34,048 nucleotides of DNA from an uncultured Verrucomicrobiales bacterium (lineage in GTDB: Bacteria; Verrucomicrobiota; Verrucomicrobiia; Verrucomicrobiales; DEV007): the NCBI GenBank assembly GCA_938091905.1, contig CALKOM010000207.1, positions 1-34,048 on the forward strand, read 5' to 3'. The notes beneath the pieces were generated by a model, which was not told where the DNA came from, did no database searches, and was given only the letters and a program-made list of their open reading frames with translations. Shown here one piece after another: positions 18,943 to 27,802 of the stretch (the first letter of the stretch is position 1; the number at the start of each line of letters is the position of its first letter). The position numbers and the translations under genes were made by a program.

Positions 18943-19386
18943 TTAGTGAATCCATCGTCGTCGGACAACTAGCGTAATCCCTTCGACAGCAGCGATCTCC
19001 GCTGCATCCCCTGGCCGCAACTCCTCTTCAGCACGCGCTTTCCACTTCGCTCCCTTGAACTCGACTTTCCCCATATCTCCGGGCTTCTCGAAATCCGTCA
19101 AAATCACGGCAGATTTTCCCACAAACTCATCCGAGGCTCCAGGCAACGCCGCTTTCCCTCCGTCCAAACGCATCAAGATCAGCCGGCGCAGGGTCCCCGT
19201 AAACGCAAGGGATACACCCGCAAAGCAGATCAGCTGCAAGGCCAACGATTCGATCAAGCCAATGCCGGCAAGAGCTGCCACGACCCAGGCTGCCAAACCA
19301 AAGAAGACCAAAACCACTCCCGGGAGAAAGAATTCACTCACCAAGAGAGCCAAGCCTACAAGAAACCAAATGATCCAAGGGTCCAT
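18943..19386 (-). CDS. NfeD-family membrane protein (short, YbbJ-like)
   Basis: WIIWFLVGLALLVSEFFLPG TM region and OB-fold tail GKVEFKGAKWKA...VEGITLVVR. Canonical partner upstream of an SPFH gene. Confidence 0.92.
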   Translation of the reverse strand: MDPWIIWFLVGLALLVSEFFLPGVVLVFFGLAAWVVAALAGIGLIESLALQLICFAGVSLAFTGTLRRLILMRLDGGKAALPGASDEFVGKSAVILTDFEKPGDMGKVEFKGAKWKARAEEELRPGDAAEIAAVEGITLVVRRRWIH

Positions 19387-19639
19387 AGTTCACGTCCAAC
19401 TGACACCATCTATCATTCCAGGGGATAGCCGCAGATTCTATTACAAAGCCATCCGGCAATTATAACCTACCTCGACAGCAATTTGACGGCGTCCTGCGGA
19501 AGCGCAGCCCTGTAGATGCGAAAGTCATCGGTAGGCACCAAGGTAGCCTAACGACGGCTCGTCATCGACTCGCTTAGCTCCTAGCCTGAGGGTGGCACCT
19601 TCAGGGAGTTCGCCTCCCTCCGGAAACCTATTCTCTATT

Positions 19640-19970
19640 CACAGCCATCCCATTAGGCTAACTGAAAAGATAGGCTGGGATCTCTGAGACTAACCTGCTA
19701 CAAGCAGGCTTAGTGAAAAAGACGCCACCTCGATCCCAGCCAAGGAGTAGATATTCCATTCTCAATGCCGTTTGCGAGTACATCCCGTTATGTCTCGTTT
19801 CCAAGTTGGCTCGCAAGCACAGCTGCGAGCAGCAAGCGCGAACGTTCTCGCCCTGGAGTCATCTCGTTGCCCTGATTTACGGGCAGATGACGAGGGCCCT
19901 GAGCCTCAATGATATCTGTGATGGGCTTCAGAATCATCCTGGTAAGCTCGCTACGATCCGAGGAGCCACC
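19640..19970 (+). mobile_element. Truncated IS4-family element (left end plus N-terminal DUF4372 part of the transposase)
   Basis: ORF from 19713, ...YIPLCLVSKLARKH...ARTFSPWSHLVALIYGQMTRALSLNDICDGL..., resembles the DUF4372 N-terminus of IS4 transposases. Similarity stops after IRGAT (about 19970) and no DDE domain follows. CACAGCCATCCCATT at 19640 is a possible degenerate left IR (inference). Confidence 0.75.
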
Positions 19971-20840
19971 GCTGAGATAGCATCGAATCTCGTATCCCCC
20001 AGTTCATAGAGCGATTCAAACTCTTCTCCACCGAACTTCCACCGCCACACCTTCCTATCATCGATCCAATAGATAGCTTCATCGTCATCGTCATCGTCAG
20101 TCGCGAGTTCAATCTGCCAGAAGGCACCTTCCTTCACCCACACCAATTGTTCGTCGCGCACAGCCAATCCGTGAGGCCCAGAGCCACCAACAACTGACAA
20201 GCTTCGAAACAACTCCCCCGTGATATAATTTCCAGATCCTATTTCGTGATCCCTGACGCCTAACTACCGACGATCTGACCTGTCAAGGCGCATGCTGTCA
20301 ATGGTTGGCCCATCTTCAAAGTATAGTCGATCCTCGTGCACGGCCAATCCTCGAAAGCCTAGAACCTCACTAGCGGCCAAGAAGGATACAATTGAATTAA
20401 AGACCCAGCGAGCTGGGGCACTTTTAGCTAACACTCTGTTTTCAAACGTCCGTAGATCAAACTACCCAACTGGCGCATCGTGCTCCAGTATAGAACACCT
20501 ATAACTAACAATACCCTTAATGGGACGGCCACCAAACTCACTCAGAGGATCACCGCGCTGGCCTACCAAATCGCTCATCACCAAACGCTCCTGCGTCCAC
20601 CACCACAATTCGTCTCGATGCCTATGGATGAATTCCGATTGATCGAGATCCTCGAGTAGCACACGAGCGGACTCCGGAGCGCGAGCAGGAATCCAGCGAA
20701 TCTCGGATCGCTCCCCCGGCGACGTCGCTAAGACATAGAGAAAGTCATCCGCCTTGGCCACACAGGATATTACCAGTGACACTATTAGACAGAGGCACTA
20801 TTAGACAGAGGCACCACCGTTGCCCCAAGCGCCGTTGCAT
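19971..20840 (-). pseudogene. Decayed secreted beta-propeller-like protein
   Basis: One frame links ORFs 20462..20782 and 19934..20212 through in-frame TAG stops at 20462-20464 and 20264-20266. Segments GLAVHEDRLYF...DSMRLDRSDRR and GPHGLAVRDEQLVW resemble YWTD/NHL-type blades. The signal peptide from ATG 20840 is frameshifted by a 16-bp duplication. Confidence 0.7.
20780..20811. repeat. Perfect 16-bp tandem duplication
   Basis: CACTATTAGACAGAGG twice (20780-20795 and 20796-20811). Confidence 0.95.
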
Positions 20841-20901
20841 AATCGAAACCCTACCCAAGTGGTAGCAACATCACAAGCCAAAAACGCTAAATGCGTAACC
20901 C

Positions 20902-21666
20902 TTACAGCGTCACATGAGGGATTGCCGACAAGAGCGTCTTCGTGTAGTCATGCTCGGCTCGCTCCATGATCTTATCGGCCTTTCCTTTCTCCACAATCTT
21001 GCCCGCCTGCATAACGGCAATCTCATCGGCGATATAATACACCACCGAAAGATCATGGGAAATGAAGATCATGGTGAGGTTGAGATCTTTCACCAGATTC
21101 GTCAGCAGATTGAGGATTTGGCTTTGAATCGACACGTCTAACGCACTCACCGGCTCATCCGCGATGATCAACTTAGGTTCCGGAGCCAAAGCACGCGCGA
21201 TCGCTATGCGTTGGCGTTGGCCTCCGCTGAACTCATGTGGATACTTCTTCATAAACCGCGGAGCCAATCCCACCTTCTCCATCAATTCACCGACCTTCAG
21301 GCTGAGTTCATCGCCTGATAGCTCGGGGTGACGCCGCTTCAAGGCTTCTGACAGGGTGCTGAATACCGTCATGCGTGGATTAAGAGAAGCGTAAGGGTCC
21401 TGAAAGACCATTTGAAAATTCAGCCGCTCATTCCGAACTTCATCCGATGTAAGCTCACTCAGATCCCGCCCCTCCAAGAAAATCTTTCCGCTTGTGGGTG
21501 AGATCAACTGCATCACGGTTCGACTCAAGGTCGACTTACCACAGCCAGACTCCCCCACAAGGCCTAGAATCTCGCCACGGGCTACTTCTAACGAAACACC
21601 GTCCACCGCCTTGATCGATTGACCCTTCGCTTCGAAATAGGTGCAGAGATTCTCAATACGTAACAT
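20902..21666 (-). CDS. oppF: Oligopeptide ABC transporter ATP-binding subunit (short form)
   Basis: [51 protein letters not shown]. Confidence 0.93.
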   Translation of the reverse strand: MLRIENLCTYFEAKGQSIKAVDGVSLEVARGEILGLVGESGCGKSTLSRTVMQLISPTSGKIFLEGRDLSELTSDEVRNERLNFQMVFQDPYASLNPRMTVFSTLSEALKRRHPELSGDELSLKVGELMEKVGLAPRFMKKYPHEFSGGQRQRIAIARALAPEPKLIIADEPVSALDVSIQSQILNLLTNLVKDLNLTMIFISHDLSVVYYIADEIAVMQAGKIVEKGKADKIMERAEHDYTKTLLSAIPHVTL

Positions 21667-21682
21667 GACTTGTAATGATTTG

Positions 21683-22663
21683 TTAGGAATTCAGATCAAT
21701 TTCACCGGCTTGTCGACGCAAACATGCCGTCTCGTGTCCCTCATCCGACTCCTTCAAAACTGGAGCCGTCCCTCTACAACTGGCTTCTGCATAATCGCAG
21801 CGATCGGTAAAACTACAGCCGGCGACCGGTTTTGTAAGGTCAGGTGGCAATCCCTCGATCGTGTAGAGCGGTTCCCCCTTCTTTTGCATCGCGGGAATTG
21901 AGCGTTGCAGCGCCTTCGTATAAGGATGTTCCGCGTGAGAAAAAAGCCGAGCGGTCGGCGCACTCTCCACCACTTTCCCCGCATACATCACGTAAACATG
22001 GTCACAAACATTTGAAACCACGGCCAAGTCATGCGTGATGAAGATCACCGCAGTCCCCAGAGTCCGCTGCCGGCCCTTAATTAAATCTAAGACTTCCTTC
22101 TGCACCGTCACATCGAGCGCAGTCGTCGGCTCGTCCGCGATGAGGATCTCCGGCTTCGTAATGAGCGCCATGGCAATCATCACGCGTTGCCGCATCCCCC
22201 CCGAGAATTCATGTGGGTAACTTCGAATCCGCGAAGTCGCATCCGGAATACCCACCTCTTCCAACGATTCAATTGCCCGCGTCATCGCCGCCTTTTTATC
22301 CAGCCCCTCGTGAATGAGCAGCGGCTCCATCAACTGCGTGCTTATTCGCAAGTAGGGATTCAACGACGTCATGGGATCCTGAAAGATCATCGAGATCCGT
22401 TTCCCACGCACATTCCTCAACTCTTCTTCAGAAGCACTCAGAAGATCTAGCTCGCCCAACTTTGCCGTGCCCCCTTCAATTTTACCAGGAGGCATCGGGA
22501 TTAATCCTAACAAACTATAACAGGTCACCGACTTCCCACTACCAGACTCCCCCACAATGCCGATCGTCTGCCCCTTATCCAACGAGAACGACACTCCATC
22601 AACAGCGCGAACAACGCCATCACGAGTGTGGAAATGAGTTTTAAGGTCTTCTACTTGTAGCAT
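21683..22663 (-). CDS. oppD: Oligopeptide ABC transporter ATP-binding subunit
   Basis: GIVGESGSGKS, IFQDPMTSLNP, FSGGMRQRVMIA, DEPTTALDVT, HPYT and Cys-rich C-terminus. Start placed at ATG 22663. Confidence 0.94.
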   Translation of the reverse strand: MLQVEDLKTHFHTRDGVVRAVDGVSFSLDKGQTIGIVGESGSGKSVTCYSLLGLIPMPPGKIEGGTAKLGELDLLSASEEELRNVRGKRISMIFQDPMTSLNPYLRISTQLMEPLLIHEGLDKKAAMTRAIESLEEVGIPDATSRIRSYPHEFSGGMRQRVMIAMALITKPEILIADEPTTALDVTVQKEVLDLIKGRQRTLGTAVIFITHDLAVVSNVCDHVYVMYAGKVVESAPTARLFSHAEHPYTKALQRSIPAMQKKGEPLYTIEGLPPDLTKPVAGCSFTDRCDYAEASCRGTAPVLKESDEGHETACLRRQAGEIDLNS

Positions 22664-22677
22664 GGCAGCGAGGGGGA

Positions 22678-22710
22678 AAACCACGAATGGACACGAATGG
22701 ACACAAATGA
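22678..22710. repeat. Left arm of 33-bp inverted repeat flanking the GxxExxY gene (about 3 copies of a 10-bp unit)
   Basis: AAACCACGAATGGACACGAATGGACACAAATGA; 30/33 identical to the reverse complement of 23075-23107. Confidence 0.95.
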
Positions 22711-22715
22711 CAGAA

Positions 22716-23078
22716 CTATAAAACGAGGTGCTCCCATTACAGTTTCGGCCGTCTAAAGTTGAAAAGAAGCCCTACTGGAAAGCTTGTGATCTTGAAGTAA
22801 TTGATCATCTGGTCACGCTCTTGATCCGTACTTCGATCAACAACCTTCGTATCGATCACAAGCTGATCAAAGGCGAGCAGATCAGGGATGCACATTACCA
22901 CCTGATGCCCCTTGTCGATGACAGTAAAAGGCTTCTGCTGGGCGAAGGCAACCTCCCTCGGACCAAATTCTACGAAGAAAGCATTCTCGTAAGGCTTCTC
23001 ATTAATACCATGACCAAGCGTATTGAACACTTCAAACGCACAATTGACGATCTGATACACTTCGTCTTTTAAAATCAT
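22716..23078 (-). pseudogene. GxxExxY protein (PD-(D/E)XK nuclease family) with a premature stop near the C-terminus
   Basis: AFEVFNTLGHGINEKPYENA (GxxExxY motif), IPDLLAFDQLVIDTK (PD...DxK), QMINYFKIT...GLLFNF. TAA at 22737-22739 is followed in frame by WEHLVL-TAG (22716-22718), the expected family C-terminus. Confidence 0.85.
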
Positions 23079-23107
23079 TCGTGTGAATTCGTGTCCATTC
23101 GTGGTTT
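23075..23107. repeat. Right arm of the 33-bp inverted repeat; contains the GxxExxY ATG and overlaps the oppC stop
   Basis: TCATTCGTGTGAATTCGTGTCCATTCGTGGTTT. The minus strand reads (T)AAACCACGAATGGACACGAATTCACACGAATGA. Confidence 0.95.
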
Positions 23108-24047
23108 AATCTTTTGAAGTCTTAGGATCGAGGGCATCGCGCAACCCATCCCCAAGGAAGTTCAGAGAAAAGATGGTCAGCGAGAAGAAAAGCGCCGGGA
23201 AGACCAGCAACCACGGATCGCTATACATCCGGTCCGCACCTTCTTTAATAAGTGAGCCCCAAGAACTATTCGGAGGCTTCACTCCAAGGCCCAAGAAACT
23301 GAGGATGGCTTCTAAGCGCATGACGGATGGCACCGTCAGCGTTGTATAGACGATGATGGAGCCAAACACGTTCGGAATGAGGTGCCGGAAGATGATTCGT
23401 TTGTGGCTGAGCCCTAACGAAACTGCCGCCTCCACAAACTCCTGCTTCTTCAAGGTGATGATCTGACTTCGCACGATCCGAGCCATGGTGAGCCACTCAA
23501 CAAATCCAATAGCAAAGAACAAGAGAAGAAGGTCAGGCTCGAATACTTTGGACCTCTCCTTCATGGCATGCAAGAACTCGATATCCTGGAGGGCATCACT
23601 GAAGGTCGCAGTCAGAATGATCACAATGAGCATGAACGGGAGTGCGTAGAGCACATCGACAATGCGCATCATGATAGCATCCGTTCGGCCACCGATGTAG
23701 CCCGCGATGGCTCCGTAAGAGACGCCAATAATCAGCGAAACGAAGGTCGCGATGAACCCCACAATGAGCGAAACCTGTCCACCGTAGAGAATCCGTGAGA
23801 GGATATCCCGGCCGAGATGCTCCGAACCCAACAAGAAATCTTTGTTAGGTGGCTGCGACTTCGCATCGAGGTGGGTTGCCGTAGGATCCTGCACACCAAA
23901 GAACGGACCCATAAAGCAAAGCAATGCAATGAAGACAAACAGGATGAGGCTCGCCATGGCCAACTTGTTCTTCCGCAAGCGTAACCAGGCGTCCTTCCCA
24001 AGGGAAGTGCCCTGCTCGATCTGATCTAAGCGCGTCGTGGGGTCCAT
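23106..24047 (-). CDS. oppC: Oligopeptide ABC transporter permease
   Basis: SLGKDAWLRLRKNKLA, LGRDILSRILYGGQVSL, EAA loop EFVEAAVSLG, LNFLGDGLRDALDPK. Confidence 0.95.
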   Translation of the reverse strand: MDPTTRLDQIEQGTSLGKDAWLRLRKNKLAMASLILFVFIALLCFMGPFFGVQDPTATHLDAKSQPPNKDFLLGSEHLGRDILSRILYGGQVSLIVGFIATFVSLIIGVSYGAIAGYIGGRTDAIMMRIVDVLYALPFMLIVIILTATFSDALQDIEFLHAMKERSKVFEPDLLLLFFAIGFVEWLTMARIVRSQIITLKKQEFVEAAVSLGLSHKRIIFRHLIPNVFGSIIVYTTLTVPSVMRLEAILSFLGLGVKPPNSSWGSLIKEGADRMYSDPWLLVFPALFFSLTIFSLNFLGDGLRDALDPKTSKD

Positions 24048-24054
24048 AACAGGT

Positions 24055-24981
24055 TTAAGAATCAGATGCGCTCTGGTGACGGGGATTGAGCCAGGCTAAC
24101 AGAATATCAGAAAGAAGGTTCGTAATCAGAATAAGTAATCCGAAGGTCGCCACGCATCCCAATAAAAGCGGGGTATCGCGATTGGTCACCGCACGAATGA
24201 AGTGGGTGCCCAGACCAGGAAGTTGAAACACCGACTCCATGACAAAGGAACCACCGATCAAAGCGGCCACCGCAGGCCCAATAAAGCCAACCACAGGAAC
24301 AAGCCCTCCTTTCAAGGCATGGAAGAGAACAACTCGCGTCTCAGAGACACCTTTCGACCTCGCGGTGCGAATGTAGTCTTGCGAGAGTGTCTCCAACATT
24401 CCTGCTCGAGTAAGACGGGCAAAGTAGGCTCCATAGAATAAGCCCAACGTAAGCCCCGGCAGAAACCAGTTCAACCAAGGCATCTCCCAACCAAGGGCAG
24501 GAAGCCACCCCAATTTGATCGCCGCAATCGAAAGCAGTGGTCCGATGACAAAAGTAGGCAGACAGATCCCGATGAGAGCCAAAGACATCAGGGAATAGTC
24601 CGCACCGGTATTCCGTTTCACCGCAGAGAGCACACCCACGGGAATGCCAATGGTGAGTGCAATGAAGAGCCCAGCGAACCCGATCATGAAGGAAACCGGA
24701 AAGGCCATACCGATCACTTCATTCACAGTAAAGCCCTTGTTGCCAAAGGAAGGACCGAAGTCGAGTCGGGCAAAGTTCGCCATCTGCTTACCATACTGAA
24801 CAATGAGAGGCTGATCTCTACCCCAGTAGGCATCCATCTTTGCCAGGATGTGTTTGGGAATCGCCTTGTCCTCCTGAAATGGGTTTCCCGGCGCCAACGC
24901 AGTAAGAAAGAACGTGATCGTCAGGATGCAGAAGAGCACCACAAAGGCCTGCAGAAAACGTGAGATGATAAAGCGCCACAT
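24055..24981 (-). CDS. oppB: Oligopeptide ABC transporter permease
   Basis: MWRFIISRF...APGNPF, DFGPSF, DYIRTARSKG, ESVFQLPGLG, NLLSDILLAWLNPR. Confidence 0.95.
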   Translation of the reverse strand: MWRFIISRFLQAFVVLFCILTITFFLTALAPGNPFQEDKAIPKHILAKMDAYWGRDQPLIVQYGKQMANFARLDFGPSFGNKGFTVNEVIGMAFPVSFMIGFAGLFIALTIGIPVGVLSAVKRNTGADYSLMSLALIGICLPTFVIGPLLSIAAIKLGWLPALGWEMPWLNWFLPGLTLGLFYGAYFARLTRAGMLETLSQDYIRTARSKGVSETRVVLFHALKGGLVPVVGFIGPAVAALIGGSFVMESVFQLPGLGTHFIRAVTNRDTPLLLGCVATFGLLILITNLLSDILLAWLNPRHQSASDS

Positions 24982-24991
24982 GATACTCTAA

Positions 24992-26635
24992 CTATTCTGC
25001 TGACAGGTCCACATGTTTGTAAGGATGATTATCAAGTAGCAGCGGCTCCCAATTCTTTATGTGAGGATGGACCAAGGTTGTCCTCGTGTACCAGTAGATC
25101 GGAATGAACGCCAGCTCCGTCATGGCAATGGTCTCTGCCTCTTGCAAGATCTTCTCACGTGCTTCCGCCGACGGTGCGATCGTGGCATCTTGCAACAACT
25201 GATCATACTCGGGACTCCCCCAACCAGTCTCGTTGTTACTATCCCCAGTTCGCAGCATGTCCAAGAACGTCGTCGGATCGACATAGTCACCAATCCAGGC
25301 ATGGCGGGCCATCTCATACTTCATGTCATGCAAGGTCGATTGATAAACTTTCCATTCCTGGTTGAGCAGGCCGATAGACGTGATTCCAAGCTCTTTCTTC
25401 CACATGTCTTGGATTGTTTCAGCAATCGCGCGGTGCGTGTCTTGCGTGTTAAAAAGCAGTTCGATCCTAGGAAAGCCTTTACCATCTGGATAACCCGCCT
25501 CAGCCAAGAGATCCCTCGCCCTATCAGGATCATACTTCACTACCTGAGGTGGTGAATACAAACCCTCAATCGGAGGCGATAGCGCGTAGGCCGGTCCTTG
25601 CCCGCCCAGCGTGACGTTCTCAACAATCTTTTTCCGATCAATGGCGTAAGCCAACGCTTGCCGGACCTTCACATTGTCTAACGGCGGCACATTCAGATTG
25701 CATTTGTAATAGTAGACGCCCGCGTAGGGATCCAAACGCAGATGCTTTGGATCGTTCCTGCGATACCAATCAATCATGTTAGGCGGCATCGTGTAGGTAT
25801 AGTGAACCTGCCCATCTCGATAAGCACGCTCCTCAGTGAACTCGTTAGAAAGCGGATGGAAATGAATTCCTTTCAACTTAACCGTCTTCGCGTCCCAATA
25901 GTAAGGGTTTGGCTCCACCACGACGGACTTGTTGATCACCCAAGATTTCAATTGGAATGCCCCGTTGCTTACATGATTCCCAGGCCGTTGCCACAGTGTG
26001 AACTGCATGGTCATGGGCCTGAGCCCAGCATCATTCTGCCCAAACCTCTCAATCGTGGGCGGGTGTACTGGCAACCAAGTCGTGTGCTTGACGATCTGAG
26101 GAAAGAAGGCCGTCGGTTGACGCAGCGTGCATTGCAACGTACGACCATCGAGCGCCTTGACGCCTACCTGTGTAAAATCGGTGATCTTCTCCTCGTTAAA
26201 CTCTTTCCCATTCTTCAGGAAGTACAACATGCTCGCGTACGGTGACGCTATGTCAGGAGATAGAATGCGTTCATAGGAGTAAACGAAATCCGACGGAGTG
26301 ACAGGATCGCCGTTCGACCATTTGGCATCCTCGCGGAAATAGAACGTCCACACCGTGTAGTCATCGTTCGACTCCCAACGCTCTGCCACTCCAGGAGCGT
26401 TCTTACTATCATCAGTCGGATGAAAAGTGACCAAGCCCTCAAAGAGCGAGCGCAGAATATTGCTATCGCCCACACTACTCACAAGATGCGGATCGAGCGC
26501 CTTCGGTTCTGAACCATTGCCCACCATGAGAATCTTGTTCCGCAACGCCCAATCAATCCGCGATTCGCGCTTACACGAGACCAGTGTGAGCGCAAGTACA
26601 AGCAAGAGCCCAGCATGGATTCGAAACTTCATCAT
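24992..26635 (-). CDS. oppA: Oligopeptide ABC transporter substrate-binding lipoprotein
   Basis: Lipobox LALTLVSC, EPKALDP, LFEGLV, AKWSNGDPVT, VRQALAYAIDR, WIGDYVDPTTFL. Start placed at ATG 26635. Confidence 0.93.
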   Translation of the reverse strand: MMKFRIHAGLLLVLALTLVSCKRESRIDWALRNKILMVGNGSEPKALDPHLVSSVGDSNILRSLFEGLVTFHPTDDSKNAPGVAERWESNDDYTVWTFYFREDAKWSNGDPVTPSDFVYSYERILSPDIASPYASMLYFLKNGKEFNEEKITDFTQVGVKALDGRTLQCTLRQPTAFFPQIVKHTTWLPVHPPTIERFGQNDAGLRPMTMQFTLWQRPGNHVSNGAFQLKSWVINKSVVVEPNPYYWDAKTVKLKGIHFHPLSNEFTEERAYRDGQVHYTYTMPPNMIDWYRRNDPKHLRLDPYAGVYYYKCNLNVPPLDNVKVRQALAYAIDRKKIVENVTLGGQGPAYALSPPIEGLYSPPQVVKYDPDRARDLLAEAGYPDGKGFPRIELLFNTQDTHRAIAETIQDMWKKELGITSIGLLNQEWKVYQSTLHDMKYEMARHAWIGDYVDPTTFLDMLRTGDSNNETGWGSPEYDQLLQDATIAPSAEAREKILQEAETIAMTELAFIPIYWYTRTTLVHPHIKNWEPLLLDNHPYKHVDLSAE

Positions 26636-26759
26636 CCTTAGCAGCAAGGGCTGAACGGGAACGGAGGGACGTGGCTGCAAGGGGGAGAGGCGAGCGGTTC
26701 CATAGAATAATTTCCGTAGTCTAAGGGAGATCAGTTCAGCGATCAATGAGAAAGCCTGG

Positions 26760-27119
26760 CTAGACGGATGGTTCGAGCCCCGCCTCTGTCCCCTCCTCAT
26801 AATCGAGCCCCCAGTCTACCAAGGAGCGAATGACGCTTCGCAGCGCCTCGCCCTTCTCCGTCAGATGGTAGGTGTGCCGCCGCACGCCTGATGGGACCGG
26901 ACGCTTCTCTACTGCCCCGTGCCTTTCTAACCGCACCAAACGATCCGTCAGGATATTCGTAGGAATCCCTTCTAGAGAGTCCATGAATTCCTTGAAACGG
27001 CTCCGCCCCAGCATCAAATCGCGCACGACCAGCAACGTCCATTTGTCCCCCAGGATATCTAGTGCGCAGGCCACAGGACAGGGAGATCGTCGAGACGCAG
27101 CTGAAGATTCATTTGCCAC
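26760..27119 (-). CDS. HxlR-family winged-helix transcriptional regulator
   Basis: RRSPCPVACALDILGDKWTLLVVRDL...RFKEF...EGIPTNILTDRL...YHLTEKG. GTG start near 27119. Confidence 0.92.
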   Translation of the reverse strand: MANESSAASRRSPCPVACALDILGDKWTLLVVRDLMLGRSRFKEFMDSLEGIPTNILTDRLVRLERHGAVEKRPVPSGVRRHTYHLTEKGEALRSVIRSLVDWGLDYEEGTEAGLEPSV

Positions 27120-27141
27120 CACACAACCCTGCCATCGATTG

Positions 27142-27185
27142 ACTTGCAAATCGCCAGCAAATTTGCTTGTTTTTAGCAAGTAAAT
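27142..27185. promoter_or_regulatory. Candidate HxlR operator boxes in the divergent promoter
   Basis: ATTTGCTTG-N7-CAAGTAAAT (27161-27185, 8/9 inverted match) and a weaker ACTTGC-N5-GCCAGC (27142-27158). Confidence 0.5.
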
Positions 27186-27186
27186 T

Positions 27187-27783
27187 ATGGATCTCCCAAA
27201 ATCATTACCCCTGCAAGAACCAGGAACAGGCCTACCCCGCCCAGAACTTCTCATCGCTAGGCTCCGCTTTCGACTCAGACGTTGGCGAATGAGCAACGAA
27301 GCTGTGGCCCAAGAATTCACAGACGAACCTAGGCGATTTGAAGCCCTGATTGCACAATGCCCACCTAACAAACGTGCCACTCCGGCCCTCATTGAACGTA
27401 TCCGAGGAATCGAAGACAGCAGCCGCTACTAGTCCGTCTAAATGACCCTGGACCACCTAAGCATCGTGAACAAAGGCATCACCCGAATCATCGAGACACT
27501 TGCCGCAGCCGATTCGTCAAGGCTCCGCGAGGTCAGCACCGCTGATGTGAAACCCAATCCGAGAGCTGACGAATCTGCTATATACGGTTTGCAGGATTCC
27601 GTCCGTTTCGTAATAGAGCGTGTTCGTAAAATCACCAACCTCAAGACCGACCGACGCCATCCCCACCCGTGGTTCGGCCCGCTCGCTGCTGCGGGCTTTC
27701 ACAACTTACTAGCGATGTATATGAAGCGCCATCGCCTGAAAATCGAGAGGATCATTATCAGGATCAGAGATAACCAACACTAA
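27187..27783 (+). pseudogene. DinB-like family protein interrupted by two in-frame stops
   Basis: Same-frame read GIEDSSRY*SV*MTLDHL (TAG 27430-27432, TAA 27439-27441), then HPHPWFGPL and a degenerate final His motif (MYMKRH). Divergent from the HxlR gene. Confidence 0.8.
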
Positions 27784-27802
27784 GCTTCAGTTAGACCTAT
27801 TC

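Noticed and set aside
20079..20100. (TCA/TCG)n trinucleotide run
   Set aside because: It encodes a short poly-Asp stretch inside the propeller pseudogene; too short and imperfect to be a contingency locus.
22678..23107. CRISPR array or classical IS interpretation of the CACGAATGGA repeats
   Set aside because: The units are 10 bp with no spacers, occur as two inverted arms, and there is no cas gene, DDE/HUH transposase or evident TSD.
26636..26800. N-terminal extensions in the ORF track (oppA to 26800, hxlR to 27392, sufE from 4371, sulfatase from 30858, oppD to 22684)
   Set aside because: They overlap neighbouring genes or repeats, and downstream starts give proper signal peptides or family N-termini.
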